Source of the DNA: Fibrobacteria bacterium
GTDB lineage: Bacteria; Fibrobacterota; Fibrobacteria; UBA11236
Length of the DNA stretch: 22,028 nt
Direction: 5' to 3'
Assembly: GCA_043745805.1 (NCBI GenBank)
Contig: JAYTSD010000022.1
Location: 1 to 22,028 of the forward strand
Every line of letters begins with the position of its first letter. The first letter of the stretch is position 1. Below the pieces are notes generated by a model. It searched no databases and was not told the origin of the DNA. It saw only the letters and a list, made by a program, of their open reading frames with translations. A program made the translations under genes and the position numbers. Positions 1-8,474 of this stretch are shown here, one piece after another.

Positions 1-324
1 GAGCCTGGTTGGCTTAAACGATGAACTATTATTTCTCTATTATGATATTTCTTTTTCATTTTGTCTGTTTCTTCGCCCATGATTAATGGTTAGAAAACGA
101 ACATTTTGACCTGAGCCATGGGGACTGGGAATGCCAAATAAAATAGTGAATTTGCTTTGATTGTATAAGACCCCATACAAAAGAAGATTTATCTAGCCCA
201 AATTGGGAATAGCCGAAATATGAAAATCCTCTAAATTTGATTTACTGCCCCATTTATTTAACAGGTCACTATAAATTAAATTCTGTACCCCAAACCAACC
301 TAAATACTACACCAAAAAAAACAC

Positions 325-385
325 TTGTAATCCTCCATAAGTCATTGTATATTATAATTGTTCGCTGTTCGCAAACAAGAAACAA
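325..385 (+). promoter_or_regulatory. Putative sigma70-type promoter and operator of the HTH-nucleotidyltransferase operon
   Basis: TTGTAA (325-330), 17 nt, then TATATT (348-353), with an overlapping TATAAT at 353-358. This is followed by TGTTCGC-TGTTCGC-AAACA-AGAAACA (359-384), a tandem repeat plus imperfect inverted copy just before ATG 390. Confidence 0.5.
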
Positions 386-389
386 AACT

Positions 390-929
390 ATGGAACTAAA
401 ACCTCAAGACTTAGTAGTAGCCATAAAGATCTTAACCAAAGGAAAGATCAAATGGAATCAACGGGAATTAGCCCAAAGCTTAGGAATGAGTCTTTCCGAA
501 GTGAATGGAGCCATTAAACGTGCTATACAAGCCCATCTTTTGATTGGGCCTTCTAAAAATCAAGCTCCACAAGCCGTCCCCTTTGCTCTTCAAGAATTTA
601 TAAAGCATGGTGTTCGATATGCTTTTCCTATACAAAAGAGCTCCATGGTCAGAGGAATTCCCAGCGGTATGGTAGGTGCAAAAATAGAAGATGAAATTGC
701 AAAATTGAAAGAGAATGAAGTTCCAGTTTGGCCTTCAGCACATGGTAAAGTGCGAGGCGTGGGAATAAAACCTCTTTATCGATCTATTCCAGACATCATA
801 GAAAAAGCCGAAAATAAAGAACTTTATGTCTTACTCTCATTGGTGGATATAATACGTGAAGGAAGAGCTCGGGAAAGAAATTTAGCTTCCGATCTCCTTA
901 CGAAAAAAATAAATGGCATTTCCGCATGA
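390..929 (+). CDS. HTH (MarR/winged-helix-like) protein, putative type IV TA (AbiEi-like) antitoxin/regulator, 179 aa
   Basis: Start moved from the ORF-track 237 to ATG 390 (MELKPQDLVV), because the upstream part is promoter-like DNA. N-terminal HTH (QRELAQSLGMSLSEVNGAIKR). C-terminal motifs EFIKHGVRYAFP, RGIP, VWP..G..RG....PLY and GRARER, which I recognise from a family usually encoded upstream of nucleotidyltransferases. ATGA overlap with the next gene. Confidence 0.7.
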   Translation: MELKPQDLVVAIKILTKGKIKWNQRELAQSLGMSLSEVNGAIKRAIQAHLLIGPSKNQAPQAVPFALQEFIKHGVRYAFPIQKSSMVRGIPSGMVGAKIEDEIAKLKENEVPVWPSAHGKVRGVGIKPLYRSIPDIIEKAENKELYVLLSLVDIIREGRARERNLASDLLTKKINGISA

Positions 930-1609
930 CTGAAATTGAATTAAGGTTGCAAGCAGTAGCAGAATCGTTACCTAGTATTTTAGATCGACTAGTCTTTGTG
1001 GGTGGCGGTGTAACCGAAATACTTATTTCGGATTCCGCAGGCCGCAAACCAAGGCCGACGGAAGATTTAGACTGCATCATTGAGGTCGCTTCAAGAGTTG
1101 AATATTATAAGCTCGAAGATCATCTTAGAAGCGCGGGTTATTGTAACGATCCTAATATTCCTTCCATTATATGCAGATGGATAAAAGGCTCCTTAATTCT
1201 CGATATTATGCCAACGCTAGAGGGGATTCTTGGGTTTACCAATATTTGGTATAAGGATGCGGTAGCAAATCCTTTGCCCCGTCTACTACCAAATGGGATA
1301 AATGTGAACATCATCCACCCAGTTTATTATATAGCCACAAAAACCGAAGCCTTTCGTAGTCGAGGGAAAAATGATTTTCGTGCTAGCCATGATTTTGAGG
1401 ATATAATTGCACTAATTAATGGAAGAGCTGAACTTGTCTCAGAAATGAAAAGCGCTAAGCAAGATGTTTTGCAAGCTATGCGAGATTTTTGGTTACCCCA
1501 AATAGATTCGGCAAATATGATAGCCTCTATAAAAGAGCATCTGGATGCTTATGAGGATGTTGAAAATACTTCTTTAGTGATTGAGCGATTTAAGCAAATA
1601 CTAATGTGA
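926..1609 (+). CDS. Nucleotidyltransferase, AbiEii/AbiGii-like putative type IV toxin, 227 aa
   Basis: Pol-beta-type NTase signature FVGGG...RPTEDLD, plus C-terminal K.EAF..RG..D...SHDFEDI. Translationally coupled (ATGA, 926-929) to the HTH gene. Confidence 0.72.
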   Translation: MTEIELRLQAVAESLPSILDRLVFVGGGVTEILISDSAGRKPRPTEDLDCIIEVASRVEYYKLEDHLRSAGYCNDPNIPSIICRWIKGSLILDIMPTLEGILGFTNIWYKDAVANPLPRLLPNGINVNIIHPVYYIATKTEAFRSRGKNDFRASHDFEDIIALINGRAELVSEMKSAKQDVLQAMRDFWLPQIDSANMIASIKEHLDAYEDVENTSLVIERFKQILM

Positions 1610-1623
1610 TGATAGTGGAAAAA

Positions 1624-2193
1624 TCATCTCAATTCCTTTTTCAAAATCCCTGTCAAATCAATCAAAGCAATGCCTAAGTCATCATTCACCACAGTATATT
1701 CGTACTTCCCACGCGTTCTCCCAAACTCCAATTCTGCCGTAGCGTTCAGGAGACGTAATTTCAAAGTTTCATCATCCTCGGTACCACGCATGCGCAAACG
1801 CTTTTCAAGCTCACCTAAGCTGGGAGGCACAATAAAAATCCCAATTGCTTCGGGATAAATTTTATCGAAATTTGCTTTTCCATACACATCCAAATCAAAA
1901 ATCAAGCTGCGACCTTCTGCTAAAGCCTGATCCACCGCTTGTCTTGGAGTACCATAGAAGTTACCGTGTACTTCGTTGTATTCCACCAATTCCCCATGTT
2001 CAATCATGGAACGGAATTGTTCAGGAGTTTTAAAAAAATAGTGTACACCTTCGTGTTCACCCACTCTAGGTTTACGAGTAGTTGCGGAAATTGAGTATCC
2101 CAATGCAGGGAATCGAACCATCAATTGGTCTTTTAATGTACTTTTCCCTGCTCCCGATGGAGCAGAAAACACAATCAATTTCCCTCTTGTCAT
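1624..2193 (-). CDS. gmk: Guanylate kinase
   Basis: P-loop SAPSGAGKST, SISATTRKPRVGEHEGVHYFF, EVHGNFYGT, IFIVPPSLGELEKRLRMRGTE and YEYTVVNDDL are all canonical Gmk motifs. Confidence 0.97.
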   Translation of the reverse strand: MTRGKLIVFSAPSGAGKSTLKDQLMVRFPALGYSISATTRKPRVGEHEGVHYFFKTPEQFRSMIEHGELVEYNEVHGNFYGTPRQAVDQALAEGRSLIFDLDVYGKANFDKIYPEAIGIFIVPPSLGELEKRLRMRGTEDDETLKLRLLNATAELEFGRTRGKYEYTVVNDDLGIALIDLTGILKKELR

Positions 2194-2489
2194 TATTTCG
2201 AACCTTCTTTTTTCTTTTCCTTACTCAAACGTTCCATAAAAGGAATATTGAGTAAAAGTTCATTTCGCTTAGCTCTATCTTTCGCCAAACCTTCACTTTT
2301 TTCCTGTGAACGGCCCGTTTGTTCTAAATACTTTTTGGATAAAAATACTTCCTTCTTAAGTAACTCTTCCACTCTATCCAAGGCAAATTCCATAGTAGCT
2401 ATGGTGCGAATGATTATCATATATAAAAGTAAAAGAACCACGGCGAAAAGTACTGCAAAAAAAAGCGTTGCTTTAATTTCTGTTGTCAT
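2193..2489 (-). CDS. Small single-pass membrane protein of unknown function (about 98 aa)
   Basis: Hydrophobic N-terminal helix (ATLFFAVLFAVVLLLLYMIII) followed by a charged helical region. TAATG overlap with gmk at 2191-2195. Start is ATG 2489 (TTG 2495 is an alternative). Confidence 0.7.
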   Translation of the reverse strand: MTTEIKATLFFAVLFAVVLLLLYMIIIRTIATMEFALDRVEELLKKEVFLSKKYLEQTGRSQEKSEGLAKDRAKRNELLLNIPFMERLSKEKKKEGSK

Positions 2490-2544
2490 TTCCAAAAAGT
2501 TAATCCCCTTGCTAATAAACGACTAATAATCGAGTTCTCATTAT

Positions 2545-3459
2545 ATGAATTTTAGTACATATATTCCAAGCATGGAATATACAGAACAAAACTTCTTTAA
2601 ACCTATTTCATCTGTTTTTCAAGAACCGACTATACCGTTATCTTTACAACATAAGTATAAAGCGCTTTGCCAAAGGTTGCAAGAATTTGAATTTGTTATA
2701 ATTGGCTTTTCCGGTGGAGTGGATTCAGTTTTTCTATCCGCTATAGCCAGAATGATTCTCGGTAAAGAAAAAGTCTTAGCCTGCACCGCTATTAGTCCGT
2801 CATTACCAGAACGCGAGCTCCTAGAGGCAAATTCGCTTACGAAATTATTGGATTTAAATTGGCAGCCCTTCGACTCTACCGAATTTGCAAACGACCTATA
2901 TTTGCAAAATACTGCCGAAAGATGCTATCACTGTAAAAGTGATCTCTACAAGCATTTAAAGCGTTTTGCACAAAACTATCCTCAGGCAACTTTACTTTAT
3001 GGTGGAAATTTAGACGATCAAAGCGATTACCGACCCGGCCAAAAAGCCGCATTAGAAAACGGAGCTATTGCTCCACTTGCGGAAGCAAAACTGAGCAAGG
3101 CGGAAATTCGTCAACTCTCTAAACTTTGGGGTTTGCCCACCCATGATAAACCGGCCATGCCTTGCTTAAGTAGTAGAATTCCGTATGGAAGTAAGGTCAC
3201 TCGCGAAAAACTATCCGCTATCGAGCAGGGCGAAAATTGGTTAAGAGAAAAAGGATTTAAAAATTATCGCCTACGCCATGAAGGGGATATCGCACGTATT
3301 GAGATTCCATTAAATCAAATGGCTTTGTGGAATAATATTCAAAGCATTCAAGAATTTGTGATCTTATTAAAATCCTTGGGGTTCAAAAAAATATTATTGG
3401 ACTTGGAAGGCTTTCGTAGTGGAAATTTAAACGAAGCTTTGGGGCTAACGGCTTTATAG
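2545..3459 (+). CDS. larE: ATP-dependent sulfur transferase LarE (PP-loop; TIGR00268-like)
   Basis: PP-loop FSGGVDS, RCYHCK, GNLDD..DYRPG, DKPAMPCLSSRIPYG, YRLRHEGDIARIE and LDLEGFRSG. The start may be ATG 2572 instead. Confidence 0.92.
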   Translation: MNFSTYIPSMEYTEQNFFKPISSVFQEPTIPLSLQHKYKALCQRLQEFEFVIIGFSGGVDSVFLSAIARMILGKEKVLACTAISPSLPERELLEANSLTKLLDLNWQPFDSTEFANDLYLQNTAERCYHCKSDLYKHLKRFAQNYPQATLLYGGNLDDQSDYRPGQKAALENGAIAPLAEAKLSKAEIRQLSKLWGLPTHDKPAMPCLSSRIPYGSKVTREKLSAIEQGENWLREKGFKNYRLRHEGDIARIEIPLNQMALWNNIQSIQEFVILLKSLGFKKILLDLEGFRSGNLNEALGLTAL

Positions 3460-3590
3460 GCTTTATGCTTAAAATTTCAAACATAGTGGCAATATTATAA
3501 CCAATATCGCACCTCAATAGTGCCAAAAAGCTGTATTATAATAATGGGGATTTCATCAGGATAATTCAATCATTAAATTAACGGGGATAA

Positions 3591-4712
3591 ATGTTATTAA
3601 ACAACCCACTTCAAAAAATAATTTTCACTTTTCTGTTCATCCTAATTTTGCTTTCACGACTATCTGCTCAAGTCTTTTTAGAACCCGATCAAGCCGGCAT
3701 CGACTATAAAATTCAAGGTGAATATAGTGGTCAGGTGACGCATTTAAATACTTCAAAAGAAACCTTTGCTCTGCAAATCGTCGCCTTAGGCTTGGGAAGT
3801 TTTCAAGGCGTGATCTTCCATGGAGGATTACCAGGCGCAGGATGGACGGGCGGATCGCGATTAACTCTCAGTGGAATATTAACTAATGATAAAGTAGTAC
3901 TAAGTGGGCAAGGCTATAGCTTAAATATAAATGGAGATTCCGCAGTAGGGCAAAATAATCTCGGTGAAAAAATTCGTTTGTTAAAAATTTTTCGCCAAAG
4001 CCCTACTTTAAATGCCAATGCTCCCACCGGATCGAAAATCCTTTTTGATGGCAGTAATACGGAAGCTTGGGTAAATGGCAAAATCGATGCGCGGCATTTT
4101 TTAATGTGTGGAACCGAAACCAAAGATCATTTCACCAGTTTCACCTTACATGGAGAATTTCGTGTACCCTTTAAGCCTCAAGCAAGAGATCAAGAACGAG
4201 GGAATAGTGGAATTTTTATTTTCGATCAAGGAGGTGTCTTTGAAATACAAATTCTCGATTCTTTTGGAAAAGACACGGCAGCCAATGAATGTGGATCGCT
4301 CTATTTAATTAACACGGCTTTGTTACCCATGTCTTTCCCACCTTTAGCTTGGCAAACTTATGATATTTATTATCAAGCTGCGAAGTATAATCTTGCGGGA
4401 CAAAAAACCGATAGCGCGTACGTTACGGTACTTTTGAACGGGGTAATAATTCACAATCATCGCCTTGCTAAAATTTATCGCTCTGAACCCGCAGGCACCG
4501 CCAGTATTTCTTTACAAGACCATAGTAATCCTATTTTTTTTCGTAATATTTGGATTTTATCCGGTGAACCACTTTTTCCTTCAGTCATATATCACTCACA
4601 AAAGCAAAAAGCAAAAACATCTTTATCCAAAGCAAACTTTACTATAGATGGAAAAATTAATTTTTCGGAAAAAAAACATTCGGCATTACGTTTTTTATTT
4701 CAGGCACCGTAG
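3591..4712 (+). CDS. Secreted DUF1080 (3-keto-disaccharide hydrolase / GH16-like) protein with basic C-terminal extension
   Basis: Signal peptide (…IIFTFLFILILLSRLSA/Q). DUF1080 motifs ILFDG, LHGEFRVP, RGNSGIF, EIQILDSFG, WQTYDI, VLLNGVIIH and LQDHSNPIFFRNIWI. Lys-rich tail containing FTIDGK. Confidence 0.85.
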   Translation: MLLNNPLQKIIFTFLFILILLSRLSAQVFLEPDQAGIDYKIQGEYSGQVTHLNTSKETFALQIVALGLGSFQGVIFHGGLPGAGWTGGSRLTLSGILTNDKVVLSGQGYSLNINGDSAVGQNNLGEKIRLLKIFRQSPTLNANAPTGSKILFDGSNTEAWVNGKIDARHFLMCGTETKDHFTSFTLHGEFRVPFKPQARDQERGNSGIFIFDQGGVFEIQILDSFGKDTAANECGSLYLINTALLPMSFPPLAWQTYDIYYQAAKYNLAGQKTDSAYVTVLLNGVIIHNHRLAKIYRSEPAGTASISLQDHSNPIFFRNIWILSGEPLFPSVIYHSQKQKAKTSLSKANFTIDGKINFSEKKHSALRFLFQAP

Positions 4713-4847
4713 ATAAGCGATCCCATATAAATATTTTCTGTACTATCCCAAACCAAGGAATTAATAAATGGCGCATAGTGCTTAGATCCCAAATGAAACT
4801 CTGTGAGCTAAAAATCAAATCCTCTTCTCCACAGGTAAATTAAAATA

Positions 4848-5609
4848 ATGAATGGAATCAGTTTAAGAGATGATTTTTTCAAACAAATATCCAATCAACC
4901 TACCGCCATGGGATTATTCGAATATATTCCCGATACTTATTTTTTTATAAAGGACACTGCGGGGCGATTTATCACCGCAAATAAAATGTTCCTCGAATTT
5001 TCGGGATTAGCAAACGAAAAAGAAATTTTAGGGAAAACTGATTTAGAACTTTTCCCGCGACATTTAGCGGAAAGTTATTTGCGCGATGATTTACAAATTA
5101 TGACTACCGGTGAACCAATAATCAATCGTCTTGAAATTAGTCGTAATACCATGGGTGAAATAAATTGGTATTGCACTACCAAAATCCCCTTATATAACGA
5201 GACGGGCGCCATTATTGGCCTTGTGGGTTTTTCGCGTGATATTAAAAAATCCAATAGTTCCTTCAAACCTTTTGAAGAAATGTCGATAGTCATTGATTAT
5301 ATCATGGCTAATTATCATGAAGCGATTAACTTAAAGAAATTAGCCGCCTTATCTTCGCTTTCCACAAGCCAATTTGAGCGTCGTTTTAAAAAGAACTTTC
5401 AAGTTACCCCCACTGAATATATTCAAAACGTGAGGGTACAAGCTGCTTGCCAATATTTAAGAGAGAATGAGCAACCTATTGCTTGGATTGGAATGAAAAC
5501 GGGTCATTACGATCATAGTCATTTCACCCGTTACTTTACCAAAGCCATGGGAATGTCACCCAAACAATATCGCGAAAAAAATAGCATAGTAAATAAAAAG
5601 ACTATGTGA
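4848..5609 (+). CDS. AraC-family transcriptional regulator with N-terminal PAS domain
   Basis: PAS-like FFIKDTAGRFITAN…ILGKTDLELFP…TTKIPLY…IIGLVG. AraC double HTH LAALSSLSTSQFERRFKK…TPTEYI…R…A…L…GHYDHSHFTRYF…GMSPKQYR. Confidence 0.93.
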   Translation: MNGISLRDDFFKQISNQPTAMGLFEYIPDTYFFIKDTAGRFITANKMFLEFSGLANEKEILGKTDLELFPRHLAESYLRDDLQIMTTGEPIINRLEISRNTMGEINWYCTTKIPLYNETGAIIGLVGFSRDIKKSNSSFKPFEEMSIVIDYIMANYHEAINLKKLAALSSLSTSQFERRFKKNFQVTPTEYIQNVRVQAACQYLRENEQPIAWIGMKTGHYDHSHFTRYFTKAMGMSPKQYREKNSIVNKKTM

Positions 5610-5635
5610 TGCAATCCATCACCAATAAAGCTTGA

Positions 5636-6718
5636 TTAAGCGTTACAAGCAATTGAAATAGCTTCCCTAGCATTTTCACCCAGCCAAGTACATCCCAATC
5701 TACTTTCGACGTTTCCCAAGCTAGGAGATTCTATACCCTCCGTATCCAGAAGAATACGAATTTGATAGTCCAAAGAGTCTAATAAAAAATCATCGATTAA
5801 AGCGCGTACTTTTTTCTCTATTTCACTTCGCTCTTCTGAAGAGTGAGTCACAAAACGAGTGAATTTATTTTGGGGTAAAGGACCAATGATAATTTCAAAA
5901 CGCGAAGCATCGTCGCGCATTTTCTCCCCTAAGAGTACCGTTTCGCCCAGTTTATTACGCGTTACCCCTAAATAAGTTTTAGCAGGTATCTCCACCCAAA
6001 CCCCTCGAAATTGCACAACTTCCACGCGAGGAAAACCAAAATAATCTTGCAATAATTGCTTTAAGCTTTGCGCGGACCGCACGCGATGACCCAAAAACCG
6101 CCCGTAAGGTAACCTTTGTAAATCAGGTTTAATTTCCTCGGAGCCATCTGACTTGCGCGGCAAAACCCATTGGCCAGTTAAGGCTAATAAACACTGCGTA
6201 TAGGGATCGGAACCATCGGCCTTGAACTCCACATAGTGGCGATATTTTTTCCAAGAACGATAAAATAATGAATGCAGGCGATGACCAAACATATCGAGGA
6301 ATTTTTTTAATTCAAAATATTCTCTTTTATGCAAAGTAATGGGATCGACAAAATAAGAGGGTAACGGAGAGGATACCCCATACAGTCCCATAAATGTTAC
6401 CGCCATGCGCAAGGGACCCTCTGGACTATCTAGCCATTCCTGAAAAGTATTATGTCCTTCTCCAGGTTTCATGGCTTTGTTAAGTTCTAATTCATCGGCT
6501 TGTGCTTCAAAATTTGCAGGAAGTTTAAGGTTGGCAATTTCGGCGGCCGGAAAAGAAATAGAATTCGAGACTTCTATGCGAATGGCCTCGCTTTGCAAAT
6601 CATCACCCGTGCCGATTTGACCTGGTCGAGCCTTTAATCTCTCAGTTAAATAAATAGCCTGAAAGAAATTGAGATCCTGCGCTTCTTTTAAAAAGAACTT
6701 GTCTAAATTGAGTGACAT
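5636..6718 (-). CDS. tssG: T6SS baseplate subunit TssG (VasB)
   Basis: FFQAIYLTE, SISFPAAEI, VTFMGLYGVSSPLPSYF, FLDMFGHRLHSLFYRSWKKYR and FEIIIGPL. Likely start is ATG 6718 after GGAGG, overlapping the tssF 3' end by 16 nt. Confidence 0.93.
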   Translation of the reverse strand: MSLNLDKFFLKEAQDLNFFQAIYLTERLKARPGQIGTGDDLQSEAIRIEVSNSISFPAAEIANLKLPANFEAQADELELNKAMKPGEGHNTFQEWLDSPEGPLRMAVTFMGLYGVSSPLPSYFVDPITLHKREYFELKKFLDMFGHRLHSLFYRSWKKYRHYVEFKADGSDPYTQCLLALTGQWVLPRKSDGSEEIKPDLQRLPYGRFLGHRVRSAQSLKQLLQDYFGFPRVEVVQFRGVWVEIPAKTYLGVTRNKLGETVLLGEKMRDDASRFEIIIGPLPQNKFTRFVTHSSEERSEIEKKVRALIDDFLLDSLDYQIRILLDTEGIESPSLGNVESRLGCTWLGENAREAISIACNA

Positions 6719-8451
6719 GTTCCCTCCAGCGCATCCAGCGCTAGAACTTTTCCCGAAGGCACACATTCCAATCGTAAAGCGACCAAATGGTTAATGGAAG
6801 TGTATTGCGTAAAAAATGAAAGTAATACGCGCGCAAAAATAAAAAGCTCACCTGTTTCGGCAAAAGTTCCATCTTTAATTTGCACATTGATTTCTGTACC
6901 TCGCACTAATTGTGTGCCCTGTAAAAAATCTTTTTTCTTGGCTTCCGCATCAAAAATGCCTTCTAATATTTTTCGATTGATGGGGCTATGTGTCCAATCG
7001 TAAAGCGATAGGGTTTCACGCAAATTCCCCTTTTCACAAAGAGAGCGATAATTCATATTCATATGCGAAAGCACATACCATAAATAATGATCAGCCTTAG
7101 GCGGATAAATAGGAGGTGTAGGACGCGTGAAATTCGTGAAACTACAAACATTGGGGAAATCCGCCGAGGGCACGGTTATGCTATCTTCCAGCATGCTCTC
7201 ACGCGGTAAGCCCGAGTCCGAGGCGAGTATGGTTACCGACAAAACTTCTTCGCTCAATGCGGTCACTGCATCCGTATTTCCAATGGCTATATAAGTACTC
7301 CAATTTTTTCCACCACGCAATTCTTGGCGAATTTGATAATAAGGCTCGCGACCTTTTTCTCCCGTCGTAAAAACACCATGACGAAAATCTTGAAAGCGTT
7401 GATAGTTGCGGCGTTTTCCAGTTACCTTATCTATGCCTATCACTTCGGTTACTTCATAAGCGTCCAAAGTTCTTTGACTACTTGGCCTTAATGAGTATTC
7501 AAAATGTTTATGATTTAAATTTACCGGCTCGGTTTGCGTTTCAAATAAATTAACCAAAGGCACAGCATACAATTTAAAGTTTTCCACTTTAATTCTTTTG
7601 CCTTCGGGTAAAGGCTCTTCAAAATAAATGCAAAGCGAAAAACGTCCTTTTGGAAATTTAGATAATTTATCCAAACCTTGAAAACGGATATAGCGAAATT
7701 TTTCTTCGAAACAAAAAAATTCTTGTAATAAACGGCTTCCTTCAAATGAATTTCCAGGATTCGGCCATAAATTTTCGGTTTCCAAAAACCCACCCGTTAA
7801 AATCGTTTCCTGTCCACCTAATTCAATTTGTTTACCCTCAAATTCAATCATGGTTTTTTTAACTCGGGCCGTGAGAAAATAATAAAGGAAATAAACCAAA
7901 GGTCGCTCGCCATGCAAGTACATGGGTAATTCGGCTATGGATAAAGTTTCAGTTTCCGCCGTAGGATCGACCGTAAAATGAAATTGAAAACCTTCTCCAT
8001 AAACTGGATGATAATTGCGTTCAAAGTTTTCCAGTTGAATGGGATAAAGTAAAGTGTCCTGCGTGGTTTGAAAACGACACACCGCATTTTGCAGCCCCAC
8101 ACTACGCGACAAAACTTGGGTTCCCTTTGGAATTTTTTTTTCGCCAGTAAGTGCACCCACTTTAACTTGAAATTGTAGCATGGCAAAAGAAGGGATGCAG
8201 CGTAAAAAAGAAGGGGCTACCATTTCCAATAAATTTTGAGTGAACTCGGGAAAATCATCATCTAATTTTTGGCGAATACGCGCACATAAAAAAGCAAAAC
8301 CTTCAAATAAGCGCTCTACATAAGGATCGCGATCTTCCACTGCATGGATATTGAGGTAACGTGCACGTTCTGGGAACGCCTCAGAAAACTCCTTGCCCCC
8401 TTCTTGTAAATAGCGTAGTTCTTCTTCATAATATTGTTCAAAAGCAGCCAT
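6703..8451 (-). CDS. tssF: T6SS baseplate subunit TssF (VasA)
   Basis: YYEEELRYLQEGGKEFSEAFPERA, DPYVERLFEGFAFL.ARIRQKLDDDFPE, LLQEFFCF, VPLVNLF and FFTQYTSIN. Confidence 0.96.
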   Translation of the reverse strand: MAAFEQYYEEELRYLQEGGKEFSEAFPERARYLNIHAVEDRDPYVERLFEGFAFLCARIRQKLDDDFPEFTQNLLEMVAPSFLRCIPSFAMLQFQVKVGALTGEKKIPKGTQVLSRSVGLQNAVCRFQTTQDTLLYPIQLENFERNYHPVYGEGFQFHFTVDPTAETETLSIAELPMYLHGERPLVYFLYYFLTARVKKTMIEFEGKQIELGGQETILTGGFLETENLWPNPGNSFEGSRLLQEFFCFEEKFRYIRFQGLDKLSKFPKGRFSLCIYFEEPLPEGKRIKVENFKLYAVPLVNLFETQTEPVNLNHKHFEYSLRPSSQRTLDAYEVTEVIGIDKVTGKRRNYQRFQDFRHGVFTTGEKGREPYYQIRQELRGGKNWSTYIAIGNTDAVTALSEEVLSVTILASDSGLPRESMLEDSITVPSADFPNVCSFTNFTRPTPPIYPPKADHYLWYVLSHMNMNYRSLCEKGNLRETLSLYDWTHSPINRKILEGIFDAEAKKKDFLQGTQLVRGTEINVQIKDGTFAETGELFIFARVLLSFFTQYTSINHLVALRLECVPSGKVLALDALEGTCHSI

Positions 8452-8474
8452 GCGAAATCCTTTATTTCTTTACC

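Noticed and set aside
1-80. Possible minus-strand gene start (MGEETDKMKKKYHNREIIVHRLSQPG…) running off the window
   Set aside because: Too short to assess, with no recognisable motif or clear RBS.
237-389. 51-codon N-terminal extension of the first ORF in the ORF track
   Set aside because: It spans AT-rich promoter and operator DNA. The recognisable protein begins at ATG 390.
4755-4785. AAGGA + ATG mini-ORF (MAHSA*) upstream of the araC gene
   Set aside because: Five codons, out of frame with araC and with no attenuator structure. Likely chance.
6719-6766. Longer tssG start given by the ORF track
   Set aside because: It lies deep inside tssF. ATG 6718 has a GGAGG RBS.
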